Shown: piece by piece, positions 1-13,908 of the stretch
Numbering within the stretch: position 1 is the first letter of the stretch
Layout: every line of letters begins with the position of its first letter
Origin: Lytechinus pictus
Taxonomy: Eukaryota
Length of the DNA stretch: 64,000 nucleotides
Assembly: GCF_037042905.1 (NCBI RefSeq)
Contig: NC_087252.1
Coordinates: 20,896,001-20,960,000, forward strand
Direction: 5' to 3'
Program-made: the position numbers and the translations under genes
The notes under the pieces: model-generated
What the model saw: only the letters and a program-made list of their open reading frames with translations
The model's database searches: none
What the model was told of the DNA's origin: nothing

Positions 1-299
1 CATGAAACGTATTAGCAGCAGCCAGGTACTTGTTAGAAAGTCTCACAAAATGCAATTGATTTTAACTTTGTTCAAGAGGAACAAAAAGCTGGTATAAATA
101 GCTTTCGTGGACCATTACATTGTAAAGCTCCTTGATCCTATAATAATGTACAGGCATAAGTCTTTTTTCATATTGAAAGATGAAGTCCTGATAACTGGAT
201 GGATTTCTTTTACGAAAGTGCTGAGAGTGCAATACTTTCTCAATGGTTTCTTGCATGATGCTTTATAAAAATGGTAGTGGTAATTGGTCATGAAGGAAA

Positions 300-870
300 A
301 GACGAAAATGATCATGATCATGATGATGTTGTTGATCATGATCAAATCATGACCTTCATGATCATGAAATAAGTGATGATCATCAACAATGATGATGATG
401 ATGATGGGAATGATGATGATGATGATGGAGATGATGATGATGATGGAATGATGATGATGATGATGATGGAGATGATGATGATGATGATGATAATGATGGT
501 GGGGATGATGATGATGATGATGGAGATGATGATAATGATGATGACGGTGATGATAATAATGATGATGATGATGGGGATGATGATGGTGATGATGATGATG
601 ATAATGATGGGGATGATGATGATGATGATAGTGATAATGATGATGACGACAACGACGTCGATGACAACAACGATGGGGATGATGTTGATGATGATGATGA
701 TGATAATGATGATAATGATGATGATGACGACAATGACGTCGATGACGACGACGATGGGGATGATGTTGATGATGATAAAGCTGATGATGTTGATGATGAT
801 GATGTTGATGATGATGATGATGATGAAGATGATGATGATAATAATGATGATTATAATAATCATGATAGTC
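300..870. repeat. Imperfect (ATG/CAT)n microsatellite, ~570 bp
   Basis: Long run of ATG triplets with interruptions; it produces the poly-His/Met/Ile/Ser ORFs. Confidence 0.97.
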
Positions 871-1399
871 TGAAAATGTGGAGCAAAGACAATCATAAAC
901 ATTACAGAAAAAGAACACTGAATAAATGACCGAGCTATAAAAAATGTGCTTGCATGCTGATTTTAATTAGAACAGCTTTCAGATGATTTGAAACGGCCCC
1001 ATTTAACTCAAAATAATCTAATACAGCATCGCAGGCATGACTTATCCCTGTGGGAGACCAGCCTATGATAATAAACTCACGTGGTGGGGGCTCCAAACTA
1101 AAGTATTATACTGGAGATAGGGAACTGGTATCGCCACAGGCTAAAAAGAATAAGTAATTTTAGATCTTTAGACTAGGAAGTGGTTGAAATCAATACCGAG
1201 GCAAATGCTGCTAAAACAGTAGGTGGTGCTACACTTTGCTTTATTTTTTGTTATAATGAAAACATGTTTGAATAAACATAGATCATTGTTCATTAATGAT
1301 ATCAAGACAATCAAGTTATTTCCTTTCCTTTCAATTCCATCCCATATAGCCATTTCACATATCATATTTTTATAAAAGGAATATGAAACCAAAAATCTA

Positions 1400-2395
1400 A
1401 TACTACATTATCATTGATAAATACAGGATGATCAAAATGAATACACTTTATACCCCAATCTGATTACCCAGTATGGGAAAGTTACATGTACATGTATACA
1501 GGTTCAAAGTTTCTGGATGGAGATCGCCATTTTCGTGGGTTAGTTCAAAATTGTGAAGTCAGCAATGAACTACATCTTTACTATTTACACTGTATGTTTG
1601 CCTATTATAGATTAAATTTTACAAGTATCAAATCAAATACACATGTACAGATAAACTCACAAAAAGTATTATTCAAAATTTGTTTAATATAATATATCAC
1701 ACATTTGTATAACAGTTTCACAATACGATTTGATGAGTTTTCATAAATTTTACACCATAACTACGACTTCCAAATTGGCAAAATTATCTATAGAGAGAAT
1801 ATCGCTAGCTTACATGTACATGTATTTGCGAATTTTGAAATCGTAGATAAGGGTGTAAAATTTGTCATTAAAATACATCAAATCGTATTTTGAAACTAAT
1901 GTATAATATGATATTAAACACATTTCAAACATATTTTTATGACTTTTATGTGTATTATTGTTTAAAAAAAAAGGAATTTAGGCAAACGTTAATAACTAAT
2001 GAGAGATGAAGTTCATTGCTGACGTCACAATTTTTAACTAACCCCGCGAAAATGGCTCCCTCCATCCAGATACAGTACTTCGAACCTGAAGAATCCCATT
2101 TTTGAAGAGGTGGTGCTCCATACCAGGAAATCGGATTGGGGTATAATTGGATTCATTTTGATTATCCTGTATTTATCAATGATATAATGTGGTATAGGGT
2201 TATTTCAGACCGGAAATGGGATTGTGGTGCTGGTGTATATTCATTTTGATTTTCCTGTATTTATCAATGATATAATGTGGTATAGGGTAATTTAGTATCT
2301 ATAGGGTTTCATTTCAGACCGGAAATGGGATTGTGGTGCTGGTGTACATTCATTTTGATTTTCCTGTATTTATCAATGATATTATGTGGTATAAA
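1400..2395. mobile_element. Foldback/MITE-like element with long inverted arms; right terminal segment tandemly re-duplicated
   Basis: 1411-1580 (tcattgataaatacaggatgatcaaaatgaat...gatggagatcgccattttcgtgggttagtt...cagcaatgaac) is the approximate reverse complement of 2004-2185. The segment cattttgat..cctgtatttatcaatgat recurs near 2154, 2242 and 2351. No TSD resolved. Confidence 0.75.
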
Positions 2396-3004
2396 CGATT
2401 AGGGGTTTTGTAAAGTGGGTTAATAAGCCATTCTTTTGATATTTTCATAATAACAATATCTGATATTAACAGCTACTGAAATCATGCAATATGAATGGCT
2501 GACTGGATTTTTCAGGAAACAATGCATTTGTAAAGTCTGTCTGAAACAGATCCTGGATTTATCTAGATCTACATGTACTATGACACATTGTATCTAGAAC
2601 TGGTCGATATCTAATTTCAATATCAGTTGTATACCACTGGTCACCAAAATATTGCCTATTTATGAAAGACATATATCATCGACATCGAGTCTGAAAATTC
2701 ATTACATAAACTGTATAAAGTTCATTATGTAAAATTCAGAGAGCAGGAAGAGGAAAAAGGCAAGCAAGGCTTTCATTTCATCGTTACTTGAGAGAGCACT
2801 TGGGTACCATCTTTATACTAAGTTCTGACTAGTTTAAAGCAATACAGAGCAGCAACAAATATTAATTAACTTTTACATAATCAACAATACTCTGGTCATA
2901 CCATGTTTCCGCTATGTATCAATAAGATCATAAAACCATAATAATATTATCTATATTGACCAAGGGAAGCCAGTTCTGAAAACTGTTCTCCCAGCGGGCC
3001 CTGC

Positions 3005-3215
3005 TATTATTATTACCCCGGCTTTAGCTGGACTGCCTAGGCGCTCAAGCATTCAAGGAATTTCATCCTACCGGGTACCCATTCACCTCACCTGGGTTGA
3101 GTGCAGCACAATGTGGATAAATTCCTTGCTGAAGGAAATTATGCCATGGCTGGGATTCGACCCCACGACCCTGTTTCAATGTCAGAAGACAAATGCACTG
3201 TTCCCCAACGCTCCA
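3005..3215 (-). mobile_element. tRNA-derived SINE (CORE-like body)
   Basis: On the minus strand: B-box-like GGGTCGAATCCC, then ...GCACTCAACCCAGGTGAGGTGAATGGGTACC and a short simple-repeat tail. Homologous to 47144-47418 and 53710-53972. Confidence 0.8.
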
Positions 3216-3413
3216 CATTGAATATTTGAATATTCACCATAATTGAATATTCAGTATTTTATATATCGCATAATTTCGATAATGTCAAAATATTGCCAAG
3301 CACTAAAGGTGACAATCACCCTTGATTTTCATAAATGCGTTCTCATAGTTTTTTGCAAGTTTTACTGGTTCAATCAAAGACAAAGAGTTAATAAGCAATA
3401 AAACTCCACTTAC

Positions 3414-3537
3414 TCTTTGGGTTTCTCCCCGCAAGCACAGAGAGCTAGCACCGTCAGAAGACAGAGCGCTGATGCAAGAATAATGAAGACGGTTGCCGGC
3501 GGTGATAGATGACCGAATTCTGCGCCTTTTGATGAAT
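3414..3537 (-). CDS. Internal coding exon of a single-pass membrane protein gene: (D)SSKGAEFGHLSPPATVFIILASALCLLTVLALCACGEKPK(D/E)
   Basis: Pyrimidine tract + CAG acceptor (3538-3540) and GTAAGT donor (3408-3413); 124 nt, phase 1 to phase 2. Encodes a hydrophobic helix followed by CAC and basic residues. Phase matches the donor at 21080. Confidence 0.8.
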
Positions 3538-5477
3538 CTGGTGAAGGAATAAATAAACAGGAGAAAAGGTTGTTTAATGAATAATTAAAGATGGATTCTG
3601 AGACAAAGAAAAGAAAAACATGGATTAATAATTTACATCTTTGGGAAGGGCCCCAGCTGCTCAATCCATATATCGGTATAACTCCTTCTTCATAGGCAAC
3701 AATACAACTAGCAATGCAAACTTATTGTCAATTTAAAGTCAATTGCCCCTGTTTTGGCATACAATGATGTATCAAGTACATGTACATGTATTCCTGTATA
3801 CCTAGCAAAAACTGTGTGTACATGTATCTGTGGAAATGAAAATTTTATTAAAGACAGAAAATATAATCTTCTTCCAAAATGTGAGTCATCTGTATGTTAT
3901 TATTGTTGTTGTCATGTTTCTTTTGGGGTCCTCATTGTGTTGTTGGGGTTATGGAAATTAAAACTTTTAAAATGCTGTTTGAGATGCTTGTGAAAAAAAT
4001 AAAACTAACTGCGGATTTTCAACTCCAAATATGACATTATATTTTCAACAACCGGTGCTCTCCCTTTACTATGAAAGGAAATTGAAAGCATATTTCTTGA
4101 TGGAATAGAGTTGTAAAACTATAAAGGAGAATCACACGATACTTCGTCCCTTCTTTTATAGCTTGTCAATACACAACTGAAGTACTGAACACTGTGCCAT
4201 TCATCATGTGTCACACTGTCAATGAGAACCGATACCAATTTCACTCTTTACTTGAATAGCATGGCCTAATAAATAATAAGGACATGAAAAGCAAACTATG
4301 AAATATTGACACACTGTTTTATTTGCTTTCTTAAATAACCAATTTGATTAATACCTAAACGGTTTCTCTTGTAAAGGTAGCTCTGTGTGAACAAAGGGAA
4401 ATTCCCTCTTTCAACTTTGAGCTTTATAATACAGAATAAAAGTATTTCAGCAATCATGTTATTTTGGTGATATTTTTAGAATAGAATCCCTGCAAAAGTT
4501 AGAGCAATTTTGAAAATCATGTACATGTATGTACCTGATTATAACAAGTATTTACTTTTCAGCAGGGGCAGCCATGCTGGCCATGGGATATTTTCAATTG
4601 GATAAGAGTGGGAGGGAACGAGATGACCTAAAAATATGACGTCATATTTATTTTTCTTCTAAATTTAATAAAAGGGGTTTTTTGAGTAACAAAGCTTGAC
4701 CTTTCATCATCTTTTTGCTCGTTTTTATCCTTTCTTCCTTTAAAAACTCTGACTAAGAATTCTAACTTATTTATGAAGTATATATATGTATTCAGAAAAT
4801 ACCCGGCTCTGATGGCACCTCATAATACCTTTTTTATTGTTCCACTGCAGTTTATTGAGCATTGAAATGATGACAACATGCATTCATGCTTTCCTTTGTT
4901 AAACTCATCATTTTAAGGCCTCTTTTGTTGCCTGGAAACAGCCTAAAATCTTGTTTCCCACACTTTACTTCCCATTTTGAACAAACAATAGCAGACATCA
5001 AACTTGAATAAATACGATAGGATGGGGGGGGGTCGGGTGTCCGGACACTTTAAAATTTTGAATCCTCCTTTTTTAGTCTATGGAATGTACAAAAAATATA
5101 AAGTCAATAGTTGTAATTTTTCATTTTTTTTCTCTATAATATTGCCAAGACTTTGCACTAAACATTGATGAAACTTTGCTTGCTAACTTTGTCAAATGGC
5201 TGTTTAAAATTGATTGTCCGGACACACAACATCTGGGTATACATATATGTGCATACTAGACTACTAGTGATGTGCATACATGTATTTAATAGTACTAGTA
5301 TTTTTTCACAACACTGGCCTTCTTGGGAAATCCATGAGAAAAAAAAATGATAAAAAAGAGATGATATTGAATATTTTCTTTCAATTCGCAAACTGACATA
5401 GCTAACACAGTATACATGTACATGTATAGTGCATGTGTTCAGGAATGGGAAGGATAACATTCATACTAGAAATGCAT

Positions 5478-5495
5478 ATATGATGATGATTATGA

Positions 5496-5527
<32 letters not shown>

Positions 5528-5553
5528 ATGATGAAGATGATGATGATGATGAT
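5478..5553. repeat. (ATG)n microsatellite
   Basis: About 25 imperfect ATG units. Confidence 0.95.
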
Positions 5554-5715
5554 AGGTTCTTGTATAGCACCAGTATCTGCCTCTGCTGGGCATTCATGGC
5601 ACTTGCTCAAAACTAGGTAATGTCTCACAAATTTCAGTGACTTCAAACAGTGCTTAAAATCATCATTCAGTTCAAACACGTAAAGTTCTATAACAAATCA
5701 ATAAATTTAATTGAC

Positions 5716-6186
5716 TTTATATGACACCTAGATACATGTAGATCCTTGAGATTTGATTGGTTGTTTGATATCGTTCATTCAGCCCATTTGGCAATGACGT
5801 CATCAACCATACAATTTTCTATCCATTCATCGTGCAATTTCGGATCCATACGATTTTATCCACTGTACTCGCGCACCGAGACTGCAGCTCATGCACCATC
5901 AGTGCGCATGTTGGAACGACGTAACAATCAACAGACCAAACTCGAACTGCATGAGCATGTTTTGCATCGAAATTCATGAATTTCATATGAAAAAAAAAAT
6001 TAGGTGTCATATAAACCAAATAATGAATGTATTTTCATTCGTGCAATGGACAGAATACTTCATTCGGTGAAAGATGAAAATGAATTATCCATTCAACTTG
6101 GCTACACCTCATTGAATGGATCATTTCATCTTTCACCTCATGAAGTATTCTGTCCATTGCACTCATAAACATTCATTATTTGTATA
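5716..6186. mobile_element. Unclassified repeat with an internal inverted repeat and a terminal ~170-bp hairpin
   Basis: ttatatgacaccta (5717) pairs with taggtgtcatataa (6001). 6018-6181 folds back on itself (aaataatgaatg...tgcaatggacagaatacttcat / atgaagtattctgtccattgca...cattcattattt). Confidence 0.6.
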
Positions 6187-6720
6187 ATGTACTTGATAAC
6201 TCTTTTTTAAAATCTAATTGCAACTTTCATGTCTCTATACCCCCCCCCCCCTTCACAACTACATGTATACAGAAACTTTGCACTCTACATAGTGGTCCAT
6301 CATAAATTGCAACCCCTTCAAAAAGTATAGTACGCACAAAGATTATTAAAGAGTGGCATCAAATGGATGCATCCAATGCTTTAAAAAAAATTATCATCAG
6401 GGTCGCAATGGTTGTAGCCAGTCGCACCACCAATTGTGAAAGGGGCTTTTTAATAAGGAAACCTTTAATTATTTGCATACACTATATGATTTTTTTTTTT
6501 ATCACGCAAATGATTTGTATTACAATGTTCAGTTGGCCCTCCCTCCCTTTCAATTATTTATATTTCAATTTGATTATTGTCTATTGTAATGTTATAATGT
6601 TATCAATTTTTGTATCTATACTTCATAAGTGATTTTATGCTACTATGTCAATTGTATAATAATTGTAAATATGAGATTGAAAGTGGAAAATAAAAAAACA
6701 ATTGAATTGAACTTTCCCTT

Positions 6721-7054
6721 TAAAGCAGATACAAACCAATAGCGCCATCTCGAGTCCCCAACTACTCATACCTGGACAGTTTCCTGACCCATAATGCTAG
6801 TGTAGTCTGGTAATATAGACCCACTTGAATGATAACATGCTAATTAACTACTCAATACATTTATACCGCAATAATTATGTTACCAAGTAGCGAAACAATT
6901 ATTTTTCCTCTCAAAACATTTTATTTTCTTTTTACAAATACAATTATAGGTCAATTCATTCTCTGTAGTAGTAGTAGATATCTGAAAACGTATATTTTAA
7001 GACTATATATTTATAACGCACAGTCAATGAGAGACCACACACAGTTCACTCCCC
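6721..7054 (+). repeat. Copy A of a ~330-bp locally repeated sequence (other copies ~15951-16720 and ~16727-17180)
   Basis: Near-identical text aagcagatac.aaccaatagcgccatctcgagtcc...gtttcctgacccataatgctagt in all three copies. Confidence 0.9.
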
Positions 7055-7060
7055 CTTTAA

Positions 7061-7661
7061 AGGTCAAGTCCACCCCAGAAAATTGTTGATTTGAATCGAT
7101 AGAGAAAAATCAAACAAACATAACGCTGCAAATTTCATTGATATCGGATGTAAAATAAGAAAGTTATGACATTTTAAAGATTCGCTTATTTTTCAGAAAA
7201 CAGTTCAATGCGCAACTCAGCGATATGCAAATGAGAGAGTCAATGATGTCCATCACTCACTATTTCTTTTGTTTTTTATTGTTTGAATCATACAATATTT
7301 CAATTTTTACAGATTTGACAATAAGGACCAACTTAACTTAACCATAAACTGTTAAAATAATGGCAATTGCACATGTTCAGGGAGAAATAAAACTTTGTTT
7401 CACTTGACGAGGAGAAAATTTGAATATTTCATATTTCATATAATAAAATACAAAAGAAATAGTGAGTGGGTGACGTCATCAGTCTGCCAATTTGCACACC
7501 GACCAGGATGTGCATATAACTGTTTTGTGAAATTAAGCGAAACTTTAAAATGTCATAACTTTCTTATTTTACTTCCGATTTTGATGAAATTTTCAGTGTT
7601 TTGCTTGTTGGATTTTTCTCCCTCTTTTCAAATCAACTTTTTGTTGGGGTGGACTTGTCCT
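7061..7661. mobile_element. Kolobok/T2-type MITE
   Basis: TTAA TSD (7057-7060, 7662-7665); TIR AGGTCAAGTCCACCCCA / TGGGGTGGACTTGTCCT; AGG...CCT ends with TTAA are typical of Kolobok/T2 MITEs. Confidence 0.88.
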
Positions 7662-8145
7662 TTAATAAGCACCAAAGTTGAACTTGAAATCAGACAAGAC
7701 AATGTGATACTGTATATTAATATGCAAACATGTACAGAGGGAAAAATTGTGTACATATTCATTATAATGCCTTGTTAACTCTACACCGGTGAATAAACAA
7801 TAGGCTACTTTCTGGCCTACTTTGTGATAGTAATAATTAGTCATTCCAGGGTTTGTTTGCCTAGTCAAGGGGAATATTGACAGGAGGCAGGGCACTGTTT
7901 ACACGCTACTCAACTTGGTCTGAATTTATGCAGGACTTCCCGAATAAAACCATGGACCAATTATCGACTGGACCTTATACTGTAAATAGGTAGTTTTGCA
8001 GGTTAGAAATTAGTTGACTGGCAATGGTTTTACACAGCTATTCCTTGATGCTTGAACTGTATTAACTCTATTGTAGTGCGTAATAAAACACATTTATGTT
8101 TCTAATAATTTGAAGCACTGCATATTATTGCCCTTGTAGCTGTAG

Positions 8146-8607
8146 CCCGGGGGGGCACTCAAATTATCTTTTGATGGGAATGTGCCTCACGAAATTCTGA
8201 AAGGAACAGAGTAAGGGGTAAAAGAACGGGGTCTTGGGAACTAAATATACATGTACATGTATACTGCGTGGTGTGAACAACAGGGTCCACAGAACAGGAT
8301 CGCGACACTGTAGGTACGGTGCACCATTACGCTGTGAATGCGCTAGCCATGCATGGAACGGCTACTAGTTATGTGTAGGGAGTTGCGAAGCCGTACGTGC
8401 ATCTCTCGCCTGCGGTGCTCGACAATTTTGGCAGGGCTGGGCAACTGAGATGTCTCGTAACAGGGGTCTTGCGAGCGGGGCTGGGCGGCTTATGAACTCA
8501 ACTTTTCTCATTCTGAGAATCTAGATCACTGAAAATTGTGTCTGAAAAAGTTGGTTAACAAAGCGGCACGTCCCCGTACCACCAATATATGTGAGTGCCC
8601 CCCCCCC
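8146..8607. mobile_element. MITE with CCCGGGGGGGCACTC / GAGTGCCCCCCCC termini
   Basis: Inverted termini are visible; a related left end occurs at 57250. Confidence 0.6.
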
Positions 8608-9686
8608 TCTTGTTTGTAGCTGCCAATAATTTGGATTGATTCCCCTAGCTCCAAAATCTATTCAGAGTTTGTAAAACTGATCCAGATCACATGATTGACA
8701 TCTCAACAACTAGTGAGTGACTTTTCAGGACCATCTTCATTATATGTTTGGTGTTATACTCGTGAAAAAAAATTACCAAACACTATTAAACACCAATAGG
8801 TCAACACTGAACTTGAAATCACCCAATGTGAATCATGATCAAATCGTGCAGGCAGAACTTCCAATCCATGCCATGGGAATAATTGTAAGGAAATGTAATT
8901 TTCAATTTCAATTTCAGTTTCAATTTCAAGTGCATAGTGTGCTTAAAATGGAACTCACTCTTGGTACAATTTCCTTTTCTTATGCATGAAGCACTGAATT
9001 GAAATACGGTATTACAAATAGTTACCATACTACATGTAGGCCCATGCACGTTTAAATGTACAGCACATTTTGATAGATCTGATTATTTTTACTATCAAGA
9101 CATATCCTGCTTTCCATGTAAAAGCATCCATTAAATAAATCTCAACAACACATTGTATTTTTTAAAGTAATAAAGACTCCAATTTAGGAGCGAAGAAATA
9201 TCCTGAGTTTGTTTACATGTACATTCAAAAAATAAAAGTGTTTTTAAAAATAGAGGTCAGTCGACAGTTTTAAGTTTCCTCCAATTTTCTTGATGAAACA
9301 GGACATTTTTGTATCAAAACCAAAATAAATTCCGCCGCAACATAAAGTTGATTTTAAATGGTAAAACGTAAACTCAAGATTTAATCAAAATTGGATGAAA
9401 AATAAGAAAAGAAAGCACAAAATTTCACTGAATTTTCAAACAGTTTAATATTGAGCAACATAATTCATTCAATGCAGAAGAAAAAAGTGAGTGACAGGAT
9501 CAACTCTCTGATATCACCGAGATGTGCATAACCTTGTGAAAAAAGCAAAATTTTGAAATGTCATCTCTTTCTCATTTTACAAACCTACACCCAATATAGA
9601 CAATATTTTTCAGAATCATGCTTGTTTGATTTTTCTCTTTTTTCTCACATTCAAGTCAACTCTTTGTTGTACGTGTACATGTACAG

Positions 9687-10168
9687 AAGGTGGTTTCAAA
9701 CCGCCGCGATCACAAGAATCCCCGTTAAATTACGAGAACATTTTTAGGCTAAAAAATACCCATTAATTATTCCTGCATTCACACCGCCCCCCCAAAAAAC
9801 CCTTTGGGATAAATTCCTGAAGTTAGAAGCATGCGCAGTATGGTCTAATAAGCAGGCAAGGCGCGAGATTCAAAACCACTAGCCCAGCAGCCACCCACGG
9901 CGCCCGCGCCCAACGACACGCTGGGCTGTAAGTTCCCGTAAATTGCTAGCACATTGCCAAAATACCTGCGACCTTGGAAAAATCCCCGCGAAAGTTCTCG
10001 TAATTTCGCCAAGTACCTACTTTTTAGCGGGTATTTCGTTTCGGGGGAAATTATGCGTAGTTTGCTTTCACATTACCAAAATACCTGGTATTTTCTCTGA
10101 TCGGGGTAAATTTCCCGATCAGAGAATACCTGGAACTGACAAACTTCGAGGCGGTCTGAAACCACCTT
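9687..10168. mobile_element. MITE, probably PIF/Harbinger-like
   Basis: TIR AAGGTGGTTTCAAACCGCC / GGCGGTCTGAAACCACCTT. It abuts a decayed copy (~9330-9665) of the 7061 element. Confidence 0.75.
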
Positions 10169-10280
10169 TTAACAGCTTTAATGTTGCAGATTTAGGCAGC
10201 AGGATGTAAAGAGTTGCCCATGAAAATATTTTGCCTGCTGTACTTTCTTATTGCAGGGCCTGTTGATAAAGTAGTCTTGA

Positions 10281-10865
10281 AGGGTCAAGTCCTCCCATGG
10301 ATTTTTTTTATTTAAATCAATATAGAAAAATCAAACAAGCATAATGCTGAAAATTTCATCAAAATCAGATGTAAAATAAGAAAGTTAAAAAAATGACAAT
10401 TTAAAGTTTTGCTTATTTTTCACAAAACAGATATGCACAACTCAGTGAAATGCAAAATGAGAGAGTCGATATTAATGTCCCTCACTATTTCTTAAAAATT
10501 GTTTTTTGTTTTAATCAATCAGATTTGACAATATGGACCAACATGACTGAGCCATAAAATGTTATAACAATGGCAATACCACATGTTCAGTGAGGAATAA
10601 AATTTGTTTCACAGGGCAACAATAAGAAAATTGGAATATTTCATATGATAACGTACAAAAGAAGTGAGTGATTGATGTCATCAGTCCCCTCATTCGCATA
10701 CCATACCAACCAGGATGTGAATATAACTGTTTTGTGAAATTAAGCGAAACTTTAAAATGTTATAATTTTCTGATTTTAGCGATTTGGATGAAATTTTCAG
10801 TGTTATGCTTGTTGGATTTTACTCTTTTTATTCAAATCAACTTTTTGTTGGGGTGGACTTTTCCT
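10281..10865. mobile_element. Second copy of the Kolobok/T2-type MITE
   Basis: Colinear with 7061-7661; right end GGGGTGGACTTTTCCT followed by TTAA. Confidence 0.85.
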
Positions 10866-11761
10866 TTAAACTTAACTTTTAAAACAATAATAATATATTT
10901 AAGAGTAACTTTTTATATTCATGCATACAAGTGTTAATGAGTTCACTTTAATAAAAAAAATAAAGTGGGTTTCAAAAGCAGTTTTAAAGTCGTCCAATGT
11001 GTAGCTTGTTTGAGTGAATTTTAAGTTTATAAAACTGAGGCGCTGGGGGCAGCATGAGTAAAATGAATGTTCATCATGTGTTTTTGTCAAGATTGGAGGA
11101 ACAATCAACAATTCTTATGGTGTGAACTTGAACAAAGATGTCGTGTTTGCTTGTAAACACAGTTTTAAATCATAAAGTAAATAGTCTTTGATTGTAAAAG
11201 TACTACATTTACAGTATTGCTTTCTAAAAAGCAAAATATTAGAGATTCCATGAAATGGAAGTTGACCAATGATGGATGACAATGTCATGAAATAAGGTCA
11301 TACATGTACTTTCCAGATTATCCAGAAGTGGTCACGCAACAACAATTTTGGTTGAAGTCGAGGTGGAAAATATATTTTCAGATTGAATCCAGCCAATTTG
11401 TAGGTCTAAATACATATGAAATTACCCAAGCTGAGAAGATGCGCATTTTTCATATTGTATATTTGCTTTTTGGGATGGTCTCTCTCTGTCTTTCTGTTTA
11501 TATTTTCCAATATCCCTTCAAATTAGGAAGCAGCAATACACGACAGCTTGCGAGAGCCATGCCCTAATTGATCAAACAAAAAGTTCTGTTTCATTCATTT
11601 TGAGTCAATTTGACAAGAGTTTAATTTCGGCAGGATGAAATGGGCCCTTTCAAGGGCTTGGTTGATATGTGTAATACTGGAAAAATCTCTTCAGTTTGAC
11701 AACTTGACATGGTGAACAGTCAATGTATCTGGGCCCCGTCTTTAGAGCTGCAATTGATCTG

Positions 11762-12266
11762 GGGCCCGTCTTACAAAGAGTTGTGATTGATCTGATCTAT
11801 CGCAACTATGAAAGCCACCATCGTCAACATCTAAACTACACGTTTGTTCAAAATAATAGTACTAGAAATGATGTATATTCATACATTATCTGTTTTCTTG
11901 ACAATTCAGTATGCTTCTTTTTGTTTTCAAAGGACATCAAACAAAATCTCCAAAAGAAAAAAATTATGACATTATTGGATTTCCATAGAGTTACGATCGA
12001 TCTGATCAATTGTGACTCTTTGTAACTTTGTAACCACAACTATGGAAAGCCAGCAACATCTAAAATGCGATTTTTTGTTTTTTCACAATACTTTCTAGAT
12101 ATGATCATATATTCATTTCATACATTCTCTTGAAGAAACAGTGTGATTCTCTTTGTTTACTGAGGATATTGTGCAAATTTTCTGTAGAAAAAATTATGGT
12201 ATGGATGGATTTCCAATACAGTTGAGATTGATTGGATCAATCGTAAACTCTTTGTAAGACGGGGCC
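11762..12266. mobile_element. MITE with CTG TSD (Harbinger-like)
   Basis: TIR GGGCCCGTCTTACAAAGAGT / ACTCTTTGTAAGACGGGGCC flanked by CTG on both sides; internal ~220-bp duplication. Confidence 0.8.
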
Positions 12267-12449
12267 CTGATGTACAGGTATTCAGGGGCTAGTCTGCAAG
12301 CACAGACTCAAATTGGACACTAGCCTTTAAACAAGGCCCTGTATCTGTTATGATATTTATGTATATCAAACACCTACCGGCTGAAAAAAAGACTACCGGT
12401 AATCGCGAAAGACCGGGTGAATGCAAGGATTGAGAGCCAAGTTGCTTAA

Positions 12450-13908
12450 AGTTGAATTAAGAAGACGATTCCAAATATTGAGATATTTACATTAATAGCA
12501 ACCTTACAACCCCCAAAACACTAATAGGTGATTCGACCCCCCATTTTCTTTTTTCAAAATAGTGAATTTGAACGATTTATCCCTACCCATTTTCCCTGAG
12601 TTCGCTCCTGCAATGCCTACCGAGACGGGTGTTCTTTGAGTGTGACGTCACCGGGGGGTATTCGGTCCCGGTGAAGTAAACAAGGCAGTGCCGTTTTGTG
12701 TACTATGCACGTACTCCTTCATATATGGAATAACTGCAGTTGAAGTTGTATCTGCGAGCCATAGAACTTGCAAAGAGGAAATGATTAAAATATTTGTGGC
12801 CGCGCGTACTATTATTCCAAATATGTGAATTCCCTCAGAATGATACCATAGACCCTAAAGGAATAATTTCAAGGTGAATAATATGAAATTTGATCGAGAT
12901 CTTCTCACCAGTCGATAACGTAGCAGACGTGTTATTATGACATATTTATCCGCGTGTGACGCGGCTCTTGCAAAAAAACACAGTTGGTTGCGGAATTGCT
13001 TTGTGCCGACCGGCCGCCCGCTCCGGCGCAGCTAGCTGTCGAGCTACCGTACCGTTCTTGTTGTCTTCAACCATAGAGATGTATACTAATTACTATATAT
13101 CTTTCTGTCTTCAACTCACTTCCGAATTGCGTTTGTATGTGTGACGGTGACCCCTAGCGTAATTAAATATAGAAAACAACTCAGAAGGCCGAGAAAGAAT
13201 ACTATACGTTTGGTTCAAGATTGTTCTGTGGAATGAGCTATGAGTGGAAATGATCCAGAGGATATAAAAGTGGAGTCAAAGACAAAAGAAAAGAAGAAAA
13301 AACGCCAGGGGATCGCTGCACGGCCATGAACTAAGTCGACATACCTGACCATAACAGTACACTCAATGCCTGGGTGTTGTGTGTACTAGTATTATGCGTT
13401 CAGCGCGCGCTGAGCTAGCCGCCGGAATTACTTTCCAGCTACTCACTTGATTGAACATCGTGATAAAATAAATGAGAAATAGTGAAAATATCATTCAATA
13501 ACTCACTGTTTGCTATCTTACATCATGATTGAAGAGTTCATGGTGGTTATTCATACTGTTTTTTATACAGGGAAAGTAAAGATTTGTACATATCAGTCCT
13601 ATTTGTTTGATTTGAGTTGCTTTGAAAAAAAATTGTAAAATATCTTTCTCTCTCTGCATAGCATTTCTGTATGACATTCAGGCACCTCTTATACTAAATT
13701 CCCCCCGGTGACGTCACACTCCGAGTGACTTTTCTGTACACTCGTCTCTCGGGCTCTGACAGGTGGCTAATTTCATAGACTTTCAAAGCAAAATATCGAG
13801 AAGGCAGAGGATTATTGTGACATGCTATGTGTTTGAACAACTTATATATACTATATATTGTATGTAGAACCTATATTTATGGAAACTCACCCCCTTCTTA
13901 ATTCAACT
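12450..13908. mobile_element. Non-autonomous Kolobok-type DNA transposon, 1.46 kb
   Basis: TTAA TSD (12446-12449, 13909-13912); perfect 15-bp TIR AGTTGAATTAAGAAG / CTTCTTAATTCAACT; sub-terminal inverted repeat GAGTGTGACGTCACCGGGGGG (12638) / CCCCCCGGTGACGTCACACTC (~13701). Confidence 0.85.

Noticed and set aside
62..265. Next exon of the minus-strand membrane protein gene
   Set aside because: No convincing acceptor/donor pair or recognisable protein sequence in the required phase.
115..918. Poly-His, poly-Ile, poly-Met and poly-Ser ORFs of up to 267 aa
   Set aside because: Artefacts of an (ATG)n microsatellite; several frames are open and there is no splice or codon evidence.
13366..13390. 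THAP-like start MPGCCVY inside the Kolobok-type element
   Set aside because: Immediate stop and no further THAP motifs.
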